64,000 nucleotides of DNA from Mizuhopecten yessoensis (lineage: Eukaryota): positions 220,215 through 284,214 of the forward strand of contig NW_018403955.1 of the NCBI RefSeq assembly GCF_002113885.1, given 5' to 3'. The position numbers were made by a program, and so were the translations under genes. Each line of letters starts with the position of its first letter. Within the stretch, counting starts at the first letter, position 1. The notes under the pieces are model-generated. The model was not told the origin of the DNA. It ran no database searches and saw only the letters and a program-made list of their open reading frames with translations. Of this stretch, positions 36,740-49,929 are shown piece by piece.

Positions 36740-37120
36740 TTGGCTGTAGAAGTTGGAAGGTATAATTATATACCTATAGAACATAGATATTGTAAACAGT
36801 GTAACTCCCCCTCTGAAGTAGAGGACGAATTTCATTTTTTATTAGTCTGTTCTAAATTCCAAATTCTCAGATCACGTTTTATCGAAAGCTACTATTGGAA
36901 AAAAACGTATGTGTTGAAAGCCGTTCAGTTATTGAGTGTCCATAATATTAAAGAATTGTGTATACTAGAAAAATTCATCTATGAGGCAAACACATTAAGG
37001 GTATTATAATGGAATATGATTGTATTCATTCTCTGTACATTGTCCATGATTTATGTATAATATGTATCGTATACTGATGGGCCAATGGCCTTAAGTTCGA
37101 ATAAAACTTGAAACTTGAAA
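36740..37120 (+). mobile_element. 5'-truncated non-LTR retrotransposon (LINE 3' end) with 8-bp TSD
   Basis: Encodes LAVEVGRY...RYCKQC...VEDEFHFLLVC, the C-terminal CCHC region of LINE ORF2. 3' UTR ends AATAAA-acttgaaacttgaaa (short tandem tail). GCTTACTT is duplicated at 36732-36739 and 37121-37128. Confidence 0.88.
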
Positions 37121-37579
37121 GCTTACTTAGCAGTGTAGAGTATACATGACCACCTTAAAGGATCCTACTCGGAGTCAGCTCAGAGTAAACATGACAAAAT
37201 CATACTTTGCTTAGAGTATGTATTTCACTGGAAGTTCTGGTGCTCTTTCACAAAAATGCGACACTTTCAAGTATTATCGATCTTGATATTCATATATTAC
37301 TTTAGTTTGTACCCAACTTTCCAACTAAATTTGGACTACAGATCTGACTTCATGCATGTTTACATACACATGCTGAACGATCGATTTCGATGTTATTGGA
37401 TGGTGTGTAGACTTTACGTGAGACGCTGTAGAAGTGATGTCCGGCAGTCACTATAACATGTATAATAATGTTGTTACAAACTTAACTATGAATGAAATCC
37501 GTTCGTGTTAAGCTTTATTTGATTCAGACATTTGATATGATAACTTGAATGTTTCATCTAGAGCAGTATTTCAGAACAT

Positions 37580-38140
37580 TATGTCATATAGAGTTTATTA
37601 ATTGTGTGGCTATTTCTTTCATGATGTAGGTAAATGTCATAGGGATTATAAGTTATGTGTCTATTTCTGACATGATGTAGGTAAATGTCAGAGGGATTAT
37701 AAGTTATATGTCGATTTCTGACATAATGTAGGTAAATATCATATGGATTATAAGTTATGTGTCTATTTCTGCCATACTGTAGGTAAATGTCATGGGGATT
37801 ATAAGTTATATGTCTATTTCTGACATAATGTAGGTAAATATCATAGGGATTATAAGTTATGTGTCTATTTCTGACATGATGTAGGTAAATGTCATAGGGA
37901 TTATAAGTTATATGTCTATTTCTGACATAATGTAGGTAAATATCATAGGGATTATAAGTTATGTGTCTATTTCTGACATGATGTAAGTAAATATCATAGG
38001 GATTCTAAGTTATGTGTCTATTTCTGTCATACTGTAGGTAAATGACATAGGGATTATAAGTTATATGTCTATTTCTGACATAATGTAGGTAACTGCCAAA
38101 CAGTGAATTAGTTATGTATCCATTTCTGTCGTACTGTCAT
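37580..38140. repeat. 51-bp minisatellite, ~10 copies
   Basis: Unit tatttctgacatgatgtaggtaaatgtcatagggattataagttatgtgtc, with degenerate edge copies. Confidence 0.95.
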
Positions 38141-38444
38141 AGAGTTTGGTATTGAGGCCAATTAATGCCCTATTGAAGGTAAACGTCAAACTATGTAGCA
38201 GACTAAGAGGATTTGCGTGCTTGTAATATGAAAGTATACAAATACATAATGCCAACGTTACTGACAAATAGTTTATATGTATTTTTTACATAATCTGAAT
38301 TCATTTGGTGGAGGTTAGTTTACTAAATAAATTTTATCTTTCATAAAGGGGGTGAAATCATGAATGGTATCATAGATATCATTTTGTTTTGGGTAAACGC
38401 ACTTCAGCTGGAATGCCTTTAGGTTTACATTATATTTGTCGTTT

Positions 38445-38515
38445 GTACTCTGCTTTGGCGACGGGTGTGTTGTTTGTACTACGTTGACGATGTTTGATGT
38501 TTGCACTACTTTGTC

Positions 38516-38581
<66 letters not shown>

Positions 38582-41500
38582 GTATTGACTACTTTATCGT
38601 TGTTTGTGTTGTTTGTACTACTTCGTCGACGTGTGTGTTGGTTGTACTACTTTGTTGACGTGTGTGTTGGTTGTACTACTTTTCCGACGGGTTTGTTGGT
38701 TGTACTACTTAGGCGACGTGTGTGTTGGATGTACTACTTTTCCGACGTGTTTGTTGGTTGTACTACTTTTCCGACGTTTGTGTTGGTTGTACTACTTTTT
38801 CGACGTGTTTGTTGGTTGTACTACTTTTCCGACGTTTGTGTTGGTTGTATTGCTTTGTCGAGGTGTGTGTTTATTGTACTACTTTTCCGACGTTTGTGTT
38901 GTTTGTACTACTTTTCCGACGTTTGTGTTGGTTGTACTGCTTTGTCGAGGTGTGTGTTTATTGTACTACTTTTCCGACGTTTGTGTTGTTTGTACTACTT
39001 TTCCGACGTTTGTGTTGGTTGTACTGCTTTGTCGAGGTGTGTGTTTATTGTACTACTTTGGCGACGTGTGTGTTGGTTGTACTACTTTGTCGAGGTGTGT
39101 GTTTATTGTACTCCTTTTCCGACGTGTGTGTTGTTTGTACTACTTTTCCGACGTTTGTGTTGGTTGTACTACTTTGTCGACGTGTGTGTTTAGTGAACTA
39201 CTTTTCCGACGTGTGTGTTGTTTGTACTACTTTTCCGACGTTTGTGTTGGTTGTACTACTTTTCCGACGTGTTTGTTGGTTGTACTACTTTTCCGACGTG
39301 TATGTTGGTTGTACTACTTTTCCGACGTGTTTGTTGTTTGTACTACTTTGTCGATGTTTGTTGTTTGTACTACTTTGTCGACGTGTGTGTTGGTTGTACT
39401 ACTTTGTCGAGGTATGTGTTTATTGTACAACTTTTCCGACGTGTGTGTTGTTTGTACTACTTTTCCGACGGTTGTGTTGGTTGTACTACTTTGTCGACGT
39501 GTGTGTTAAGTGAACTACTTTTCCGACGTGTGTCTTTGTCGACGTGTGTGTTGGTTGTACTACTTTGTCGACGTGTGTGTTGGTTGTACTACTTTGTCGA
39601 CGTGTGTGTTGGTTGTACTACTTTGTCGACGTGTGTGTTGGTTGTACTACTTTGTCGACGTGTGTGTTGGTTGTACTACTTTGTCGACGTGTGTGTTGGT
39701 TGTACTACTTTGTCGACGTGTGTGTTGGTTGTACTACTTTGTCGACGTGTGTGTTGGTTGTACTACTTTGTCGACGTGTGTGTTGGTTGTACTACTTTGT
39801 CGACGTGTGTGTTGGTTGTACTACTTTGTCGACGTGTGTGTTGGTTGTACTACTTTGTCGACGTGTGTGTTGGTTGTACTACTTTGTCGACGTGTGTGTT
39901 GGTTGTACTACTTTGTCGACGTGTGTGTTGGTTGTACTACTTTGTCGACGTGTGTGTTGGTTGTACTACTTTGTCGACGTGTGTGTTGGTTGTACTACTT
40001 TGTCGACGTGTGTGTTGGTTGTACTACTTTGTCGAGGTATGTGTTTATTGTACTACTTTTTCGACGTGTGTGTTGGTTGTACTACTTTGTCGACGTGTGA
40101 ATTGTTTGTACTACTTTGTCGATGTTTGTTGTTTGTACTACTTTGTCGACGTGTGTATTTAGTGTACTACTTTGTCGACGTGTGTGTTGGTTGTACTACT
40201 TTTCCGACGTGTGTGTTTGTCGACGTGTGTGTTGGTTTTACCATCTGGTTGACTGGTATGTTTGTTCTACTAGTTTGTCGACGTGTGTGTTGGTTCTACT
40301 ACTTTGTCGACGTGTGTGTTGTTTGTACTACTTTGGCGACGTGAGTGTTGGTTGTACTACTTTTCCGACGTATGTGTTGGTTGTACTACTTTGTCGACGT
40401 GTGAATTGGTTGTACTACTTTGGCGAAGTATGTGTTGGTTGTACTACTTTGTCGACGTGTGTGTTGGTTGTACTACTTTGTCGACGTGTGAATTGGTTGT
40501 ACTACTTTGTCGACGTGTGTGTTGGTTGTACTACTTTGTGGATGTTTGTTGTTTGTACTACTTTGTCGACGTGTGTATTTAGTGTACTGCTTTGTCGACG
40601 TGTGTGTTGGTTGTACTACTTTGTCGACGTGTGTGTTTATTGTACTACTTTTTCGACGTGTGTGTTGGTTGTACTACTTTGTCGACGTGTGAATTGTTTG
40701 TACTACTTTGTCGATGTTTGTTGTTTGTACTACTTTGTCGACGTGTGTATTTAGTGTACTGCTTTGTTGACGTGTGTGTTGGTTGTACTACTTTTGCGAC
40801 GTGTGTGTTGGTTGTACTACTTTGTCGACGTGTGTGTTGTTTGTAGTACTTTTCCGACGTGTGTGTTGGTTGTACTACTTTTGCGACGTGAGTGTTGGTT
40901 GTACTACTTTGTCGACGTGTGTGTTGTTTGTACTACTTTGGCGACGTGTGTGATTATTGTACTACTTTTCCGACGTGTGAGTTGGTTGTACTACTTTTCC
41001 GACGTATGTGTTGGTTGTACTACTTTGTCGAGGTGTGCGTTTATTGTACTACTTTGTCGACGTGTGTGTTGGTTGTACTACTTTGTCGACGTGTGTGTTG
41101 GTTGTACTACTTTGTTGACGTGTGTGTTTATTGTACTACTTTTCCGACGTGTGAGTTGGTTGTACTACTTTGTCGACGTGTGTGTTGGTTGTACTACTTT
41201 GTCGAGGTGTGTGTTGGTTGTACTACTTTGTGGATGTTTGTTGTTTGTACTACTTTGGTGACGTGTGTGATTATTGTACTACTTTGTTGACGTGTGTGTT
41301 AGTTGTACTACTTTGTCGACGTGAGTGTTGGTTGTACTACTTTTCCGACGTGTGTGTTGTTTGTACTACTTTGTGGATGTTTGTTGTTTGTACTACTTTG
41401 GCGACGTGCGTGATTATTGTACTACTTTGTTGACGTGTGTGTTGGTTGTACTACTTTGTCGAGGTGTGTGTTTATTGTACTACTTTTCCGACGTGTGTGT

Positions 41501-41720
41501 TGTTTGTACTACTTTTCCGACGTATGTGTTGGTTGTACTTCTTTGGCGACGTGCGTGATTATTGTGCTGCTTTGGCGACGTGTGTGTTGGTTTTACCACC
41601 GTGTTGACTGGTATGTTATTGTACTACTTTTCCGACGTGTGTGTTGGTTGTACTACTTTTCCGACGTGTCTGTTGTTTGTACTACTTTTCCGACGTGTGT
41701 GTTGGTTGTACAACTTTTCG
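38445..41720. repeat. 29-bp GT-rich minisatellite, ~110 copies, with an embedded (GT)~30 tract at 38519-38578
   Basis: Unit gtcgacgtgtgtgttggttgtactacttt; perfect core ~39537-40035; ends ~40 nt before the TAL1 acceptor. Confidence 0.97.
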
Positions 41721-41760
41721 AACAAATAACATTTTGTATTCTTTATATTTATGTTTACAG

Positions 41761-42657
41761 TCAGAAGAAATGCCAATTTCAAGACGTCTGGACCGGAGGG
41801 AGGATGCTTTAGGTGTTCCAAGAGGGAATCGAAGCGTCTCAAGTTCAAGTATGACATCCCAGTACAGCATTGGGTCAATAGGTCATATCAGACTGGGATC
41901 AATAGATCACGGGAGACAAGAATACATAGGCCAGGAGAGGCATGACAGTATCGATGACCTCAGCGGATGTGTGAGTCGCAGGATGAAACTGGCATACAGC
42001 ACAAGTAGTGCAAGTAGTGATACATTGTATGAGGATGTCAACAACGACACCTACCGGTTTGTGTCAGAGGACAGGGACGATGACTGTATGCGAGATCAAG
42101 ACGAAAGTGACGATAACGTGTTTTGTGAATCGGACCAAAAGAGCAAAGACACGGGCTTTATTTGTCTTCAGAGTGTACCGTACCCCCTCATGTCCCCAAG
42201 AGGGTTGAGTGTAAGTACATCAGATATTGGGACCCAGGAATGCGCCCTGGATCTCCGCAGGAAACATTCAAACCGATGTAGCGACACGGACAGCGACGGT
42301 CTTCCGATACGAAAAGTACATCGGCGCGTTTTTACAAACAGCCGCGAACGTTGGAGGCAACAAAACGTCAATGGAGCATTTGCAGAACTTCGTAAACTTG
42401 TTCCAACTCATCCACCGGACAAAAAACTAAGCAAGCATGAAATACTCAGATTGACAATTCGTTATATCAACCTCCTCAACAACGTTGTAAATTATCAAAA
42501 CGGTGAGATGATTGGACAGGTCAAAACGGAAGTAGAATGTGATTCAAGTCGTGACGACATCAAAGAGGACGACAGGCACCAAACCATCGACTGGGACGAT
42601 GACAAAAGTTCGTTCGGATCCTATTATCACGGAGACGATAGCGAAGATTCCTCGTGA
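41761..42657 (+). CDS. TAL1: SCL/TAL1/LYL1-family bHLH transcription factor, main (last) coding exon
   Basis: [52 protein letters not shown] is the SCL/TAL bHLH signature. Acceptor tttacag| at 41760; first in-exon ATG at 41770; stop TGA at 42655-42657. The ORF part upstream of 41761 is satellite/intron. Confidence 0.93.
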   Translation, partial: SEEMPISRRLDRREDALGVPRGNRSVSSSSMTSQYSIGSIGHIRLGSIDHGRQEYIGQERHDSIDDLSGCVSRRMKLAYSTSSASSDTLYEDVNNDTYRFVSEDRDDDCMRDQDESDDNVFCESDQKSKDTGFICLQSVPYPLMSPRGLSVSTSDIGTQECALDLRRKHSNRCSDTDSDGLPIRKVHRRVFTNSRERWRQQNVNGAFAELRKLVPTHPPDKKLSKHEILRLTIRYINLLNNVVNYQNGEMIGQVKTEVECDSSRDDIKEDDRHQTIDWDDDKSSFGSYYHGDDSEDSS

Positions 42658-43528
42658 ACTCATAACAGTAAAGTCCAAATTGACCGTTGACCTTTAAGTA
42701 AGCGTCGTCATCGGAAATCGAGACTCAGGGTATTTCCGTTGTGCTTCGGCAGAATTCTACAGGACTACGTACTAGATAATATAATTCAGACAAATATATC
42801 CGAAAGTGGAACTACAAGAATATTTATTATATTATTGTTGTTGCGCATCTGTTCGTGTCAACAGTGGTACATCGGTGTGACAATGGATGAGATAACTCCT
42901 ATTTTTAACGCACAATCTGTGACCATTTCTCATTAGTTCTATTACGCTGATCATGACCCCTGCGTGTTAAATGATGACTTTGTTTTAAACAAATAAATCG
43001 ATGGTAATAATATGACATTCAGGATTGATAATGATACTTGCTGACACTGACAAAACACGTCAAAATGACGTTAAAAAGACAATAAAAAATGGTGATTTCC
43101 TCTTAGGAATCAGACGTTTTAGTATTGTCAATATATTTCGTTTGTTTGAGGATCTTGCTATTTGCAAAGCAAAACATATGAGTTAATATATGATATATGA
43201 AAATAAATGAAGCATGTGCAAACACGATATTTTTTCTGCATACTGGGTACATATGTTTCTAAGTAAACAATTGGTGACGATAAAGCTTACAAAATTGTTT
43301 CAATTAATTTTTATGAGTTATTGGTTAAAAGTACCTAAACCGACTGTATAGTGACAGCGTCAATCTGGACAGGTTTAGGTTCTTCTCCCTTCTGTGTCCG
43401 GAGACAGTAGCGTGTACATATGTTGCTGGACACAATGTTTTTAAGCAGTCCTCTTCCTCTCGGGTTTGGACGTAAACTTGATATCCTATCACTGACAAAT
43501 TCACCCCTAACTTCACATTTGAACTTTC

Positions 43529-43581
43529 AAACTCAGAGACAAGGCAAGTCAACTTAACTCAGAGACAAGGCAAGTCAACTT
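43529..43581. repeat. 26-bp tandem duplication
   Basis: aactcagagacaaggcaagtcaactt x2. Confidence 0.85.
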
Positions 43582-46500
43582 TTAAAATATGTAGGGGTGA
43601 TTGAGATAACAGTGGTAGCCCAGTACCCAACGGTAGATGCTCCTCTGGAGAGGTCAAGCTTTCGTCGTTGCAGTACCATAGGCTCTTTCCATACCATGTA
43701 AGGTATTGCTTAATAGCTTAAAAATTACAAAACACTCGTACATGCTGTTAAACATCATATAAATATATATCCGTGTGTGTTTTCATTAATTCATAAACAA
43801 CTTCTCTGTGGAAATCTTTAATGAAATGTATCCGTAGTCTGACCCTCTAGTCTTACAAGAGTGACCTTAATCGGGGATGTGGCGGATTGTTGCTAACGTC
43901 TTAATAAATATGGCTATCGTTACCACCGACTGATGAGGGAAAGCCCAAGGCAAAAACCGTCTACGTTATTTATAAACTCATGCGAATCCCCGTGTGAAGT
44001 CATTTCTATTATCTTCACATTGGTATAAAATTCAAAGGTGTTAAAGTGTTTTAGACAGATACGAACGTAAAAAGATAATATAGGAAAAATATCAGGTTTA
44101 GTATTAGTATACTCTAACGTTTTAATATTCTCTTGTTATTTCATCAATTTCACTCACAACTAAATCTCCACGTTTGAATCCGAGACATCAACGTTGTTTT
44201 CCCACCCGTTGTATTCTACATCAGTTGCTTCACTGTGAAGTCAAATACGGCAACTGTCCTCAAAACTGATAACGGAGAGTACATGTGCACCCTACTCCGT
44301 CTTTTTAAAACTAGTTTGTTCTCTTGTTGTAAGGCGAATCTTCATTGTGCTACGTGTGTTCTCTATAAAGAGTAAATTACAATATCTGGACCAATTTTGC
44401 GTGAGAAATGCGCCACAATTAAACGATTTAGGACTTTTAGAAATTATATACTTTACTAAAAAAAATCGAACATTGCATACCTGAAAATCGGTATTTTTAC
44501 ATACCCGAAATATTTTTTGCATAGAAATACTGCATACCCAATAAAAACAATTTTGCATATGCAAAAAAAACGAATTACGCTTATCCAAATGATACTGAGA
44601 ATGCGACAACGTTTGTCTTTTCCTTCAATATCGGCTCTCAAAGTAGCGCGGTACTGTGATTTACAAAGTAAGAGTCAAAGACAACATAATCTTACAGAAA
44701 ACCTGCAAAGATACTAACGTTCAGACAGTAAAACTCTCGATACACTGTATTTTCTATAATTCATTTTACGATATAGCTGCAACGGGTCACATTTAAAGCC
44801 AGACATATACATGTATGCGTGCAAAAAGTCACCATGTCAAATTCTGATCGACGGGCTATCTTCAGTTTACCTTCAGATCCACATTAAAATCGAGTCAAAA
44901 CAGCAGGAAGTTACTTGTAAATGTCAAACCGGGATTTCTGTTTTTAATGTTCCTACCGAACCAAAACTGATTAAGGAAGCAACTCAATGTTACGGGAAGT
45001 GTACACTATTATCCACGTGACAATTGTTTAATTGAGTCGACTATTTGGTTCACGGATATACACAAGGATCAGTTTGTAATTTGTCTTGATATACTATTCA
45101 AATGCAGACACTTCACTTGAAAACTGTGCTTGTATTATTCCATTATGTAAACTTGATATCCGATCAAGGCGCGTGTTTCTTGGACTTAGGGATATCCGGC
45201 TTTTCACGATTTCCTTTGACTTCCTTCCGACACAGATAACACACGTAGGGGCTTTCATTTCTTTTACGATCTTAGTCAGTCTGTTCAAAAGGACATAATT
45301 ATTGATATTTCGTAGAGTCTGACTTCCACACAGGAACGTGTCAATAGATAAACTCCGTAAGACTTACATTGGTCTGCGTCAGTCAGTGTTTGATATCCAT
45401 GGATTGTTGTTTGCGGTGGCAGGTTCACAATATTTGTGCTTTTGTTTCACATTTTTATACAAAACGTAGTAATATCGTTATTAGTTTACAATACCCTAAT
45501 TAGGATCATTGTATCATCTTTTTCCGGTTATAATATACATTTGTTCTGCGGAGTATTACATTTATAGAATCTTAATGATTTTTCTTAAATTCCGTTTAAA
45601 ATGGAAACGAATTCAAGCCAATATTTATCATTTTACCGAGAATGTATTCGAACATTCACAAAGAAAACATGAGTCTTCAACATCGTCAGTTTGACTTCGT
45701 GTCAAGACGCCACTATGGGTGTTTTTTTCTTATGGTAATTTACAAAGATATAAGCTACAGAATCTATGTCATTGTCCTGATGATTTGAGCAAATCGCGCG
45801 TATTTGTACTATTTTTGCCTGTGATAAATACATGTGTGTTGCTGCCTGGACGACTGCTCGTAATTATAAACAAGTAAACAGTCTGAATTATTGAACTATT
45901 ATTACTACATAATGAATAACATGCGATAGGGTTAAAAACTGAAATATATTTGTTAATCTATTTTCAAAAAAACACCGCAAAATGGTTATTAATTGAAAGG
46001 GTATTTCTGAAACCAGTCATTTTGAAAAAAGAGTCATTTAATAGGATTTTTTTTTTTACTAAACGTAAAAGCAGAACAATATCAAAACAAAGAAATTGAC
46101 ACCGTGTATACGAATAATAGTCCTTTATGTACATACTTAAAATGCTGGACGCTTTCAAGTGTAGCCTACACTATCGAGATAACACCTCCACTTACTGGCA
46201 CAAGTGGTCGGTCGAGTCGATGACGTACTCGGTGTCCGTCAATCACCGGCCGCCAGCCTCTGCATGAAACAGCACGTCACAACGAAAACTTTCACCATGT
46301 ATGATTATCGCCGAGGCTAAGGTGACGGAATTTAATTGGAAAACGTGCCTACTTTTGATCGCGCGTGTATCGTGCGCGAAGTTAAGTGGATTATAATAGC
46401 AATAATATTCTGCCGTAAAAACCATAGAAGGTATCTAGTGACGTCGCATAATTGAAAGAAAAACTGGGTTCCTTGACAAATTGGTTTGTTTTCAGTTCCG

Positions 46501-47232
46501 CTTATCTTTGCCAACAGACATTGTAGATAGTAAGGGATTATTGTGGAACTTCAAACACGACTTTGTCCCAGACAGACAAAAACACAAGGCAATAATAAAA
46601 GTGGGCAACAATTGTAGTGAATGGCGGGAGTGGGTACGCGATAAGGCACGAGGCCAGTGTCACGTGCTACTGTCGTGGTCGGTAAAGATTAGAGAGGAAA
46701 ACCAATAATGTGTCTATCAAGGTAATGGGTGTCGACTAATCCGAATCGTGTACACTTCCAAAGTCACATCACATGCAAATGATCACTTTAAGAAAATGAT
46801 GATGATAAAAATCCATTTAATCAATCACCTTAGACCTTTACACAAACCATTCTCCGTTCGTTTAATTTACAATTACGGTTTAAGTGCATAACAAGATGTA
46901 ATGATAGTAAAGGTCTTAAACAAGTTCTCCCCATACTTACAGTACGGTATGTATGCGGAACAGCGTTTGGTTTCGATCGCAACAAGTGTAAAGGGGCCAT
47001 TTTACTTTTTGTTCCACTTTAATGAATTGGTGAAAGATATAACCAAATGATTTATTGATTATAACCTTATCCTTACCGTAATATCAATACATTCGGAGCA
47101 TTTCGCCTATCCATCATGTTGATAACCCCTTTTAAAACTGGAATGGTAAGTGAAATAGCACCCAATACAAAAGCAGACATTTTTGAACTTATTATATCAG
47201 CAACTGCTATTAAAGAAGGCAATCAAGAAGCA

Positions 47233-49430
47233 ACGCGACATGTGGGAGGGTACAGGAGATAGCCCCGGCCTCCATCAGGGTGTGAGGGTACAGGAGAACG
47301 CCCCGCCTCCATCAGGGTGTGAGGGTACAGGAGAACGCCCCGGCCTCCATCAATGTGTGAGGGTACAGGAGAACGCCACGGCCTCCCGCGACATATGTGA
47401 GGATACAGGAGAACGCCCCAGCCTCCATCGCGACATGTGGTAGGGTCCAGGAGAACGCACCGGCCTCCATCAGGGTGTGAGGGTACAGGAGAACGCCCCG
47501 GCCTCCATCAGGGTGTGAGAGTACAGGAGAACGCCCCGGCCTCCATCAAGGTGTGAGGGTACAGGAGAACACCCCGGCATCCATCGCGACATGTGGGAGG
47601 GTACAGGAGAACGCCCCGGCCTCCATCGCGACATTTGGGAAGGTAAAGGAGAACGCCCCGACCTCCATCAGGGTGTTAGGGTACAGGAGAACACCACGGC
47701 CTCCATCAGGGTGTGAGGGTACAGGAGAACGCCCCGGCCTCCATCAGGATGTTAGGGTACAGGAGAACGCCCCGGCTTCCATCAGGGTGTGAGGGTACAG
47801 GAGAACGCCCCGGCCTCCATCAGGATGTGAGGGTACAGAAGAATGACCCGACTTCCATCAGGGTGTGAGGGTACAGGAGAACGCCCGGCCTCCATCAGGG
47901 TCTGAGAGTACAGGAGAACGTCCCGGCATCCATCAGGGAGTGAGTGTACAGGAGAACGCCCCGGCCTCCATCAAGGTGTGAGGGTACAGGAGAACGCCCC
48001 GCCTCCATCAGGGTCTGAGAGTATAGGAGAACGTCCCGGCATCTATCGCGACATGTGGTAGGGTACAGGAGAACGCACCGGCCTCCATCAGGGTGTGAGG
48101 GTACAGGAGAACGCCCCGGCCTCCATCAGGGTTTGAGGGTACAGGAGAACGTCCCGGCATCCATCAGGGTGTGAGTGTACAGGAGAACGCCCCGGCCTCC
48201 ATCAGAGTGTGAGGGTACAGGAGAACGCCCCGGCCTCCATCGCGACATGTGGGAGGGTACAGGAGAACACCCCGGCATCCATCGCGACATGTGGGAGAGT
48301 ACAGGAGAACGGTCCGGCCTCCATCAGGTTGTGAGGGTACAGGAGAATGCCCCGGCCTCCATCAGGGTGTGAGGGTACAGGAGAATGCCACGGCCTCCAT
48401 CAAGGTGTGAGGGTACAGGAGAACGCCCTGGCATCCATCAAGGTATGAGGGTACAATAGAACGCTCCGGCTTCCATCGCGACATGTTGGAGGGTACAGGA
48501 GAGCGCCCCGGCCTCCATCGCGACATGTGGGAGGGTACAGGAGAACACCCCGGCATACATCGCGACATGTGGGAGAGTACAGGAGAACGGTCTGGCCTCC
48601 ATCAGGTTGTGAGGGTACAGGAGAATGCCCCGGCCTCCATCAGGGTGTTAGGGTACAGGAGAACGCCCCGGCATCCATCAGGGTGTGAGGGTACAGGAGA
48701 ACGCCCCGGCATTCATCAAGGTGTGAGGGTAAAGGAGAACGCCCTGGCATCCATCAAGGTATGAGGGTACAATAGAACGCTCCGGCTTCCATCGCGACAT
48801 GTTGGAGGGTACAGGAGAGCGCCCCGGCCTCCATCGCGACATGTGGGAGGTACAGGAGAACGCCCCGGCCTCCATCGCGCCATGTGGGAGGGTACAGGAG
48901 AACACCCCGGCATCCATCGCGACATGTGGGAGAGTACAGGAGAACGGTCCGGCCTCCATCAGGTTGTGAGGGTACAGGAGAAAGCCCCGGCCTCCATCAG
49001 GGTGTGAGTGTACAGGAGAATGCCCCGACATCCATCAAGGTGTGAGGGTACAGGAGAACGCCTCGGCCTCCATCAAGGTGTGAGGGTACAGGGGAACGCC
49101 CCGGCCTCCATCAGGGTGTGAGGGTACAGGAGAACGCCCCGGCATTCATCAAGGTGTGAGGGTACAGGAGAACGCCCTGGCATCCATCAAGGTATGAGGG
49201 TACAATAGAACGCTCCGGCTTCCATCGCGACATGTTGGAGGGTACAGGAGAGCGCCCCGGCCTCCATCGCGACATGTGTGAGGGTACAGGAGAACGCCCC
49301 GGCCTCCATCGCGACATGTGGGAGGGTACAGGAGAACGCCCCGGCCTCCATGAAGGTGTGAGAGTACAGGAGAATGCCCCGGCCTCCATGAAGGCGTGAG
49401 GGTACAGGAGAACGCCCCGGCCTCCATCAA
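47233..49430. repeat. GC-rich minisatellite, 38/43-bp units, ~55 copies
   Basis: gtgagggtacaggagaacgccccggcctccatcagggt plus a variant containing cgcgacatgtgg. Confidence 0.97.
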
Positions 49431-49929
49431 GAAAGAGGGTGTGAGGAGTCTCTTCACTAAGGACAAAATAAATGGGAGCTCTAAACATTTACATGTCTCT
49501 GAATGTATGGCATTAATCCGCGGTATATTTACTAGTTTTGGACATATTCATAGTACAAAGATGATGCCGATTCTTGAAAAAATATGAAATGTCACTAAAA
49601 AAAACACCACATGTTGTTAATTACATGCATACGAATCAGGTAGAAAAGGTCATTGTAGGCCAAAGAAAGGTCTACGTACAATACCGGATTTGATTCTCTG
49701 TCCCTAACCGCAGATATATACACATATAAAATGACGTCCTCCATTTTTCACTAAATGTGAAGGTCACCAGCGTTTGCGGATTTTGTTTCGCTTCGAAAGT
49801 GGTAAAAGGTTGTATTTTTTCAAATCCTAAAACAGATTTTTTTTCAGCATGAAACTTATTTTTAATGTTGATTGTCCAGCTATATTATTAGTGACAGGGA
49901 GTTAAACAGTTGAGAGTGACTCAGTCCCC

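Noticed and set aside
38501-41760. Cys/Val-rich membrane-protein-like ORFs, including the N-terminal extension of the 41641-42657 ORF
   Set aside because: Translations of the 29-bp satellite; the real TAL1 exon begins at the acceptor at 41761.
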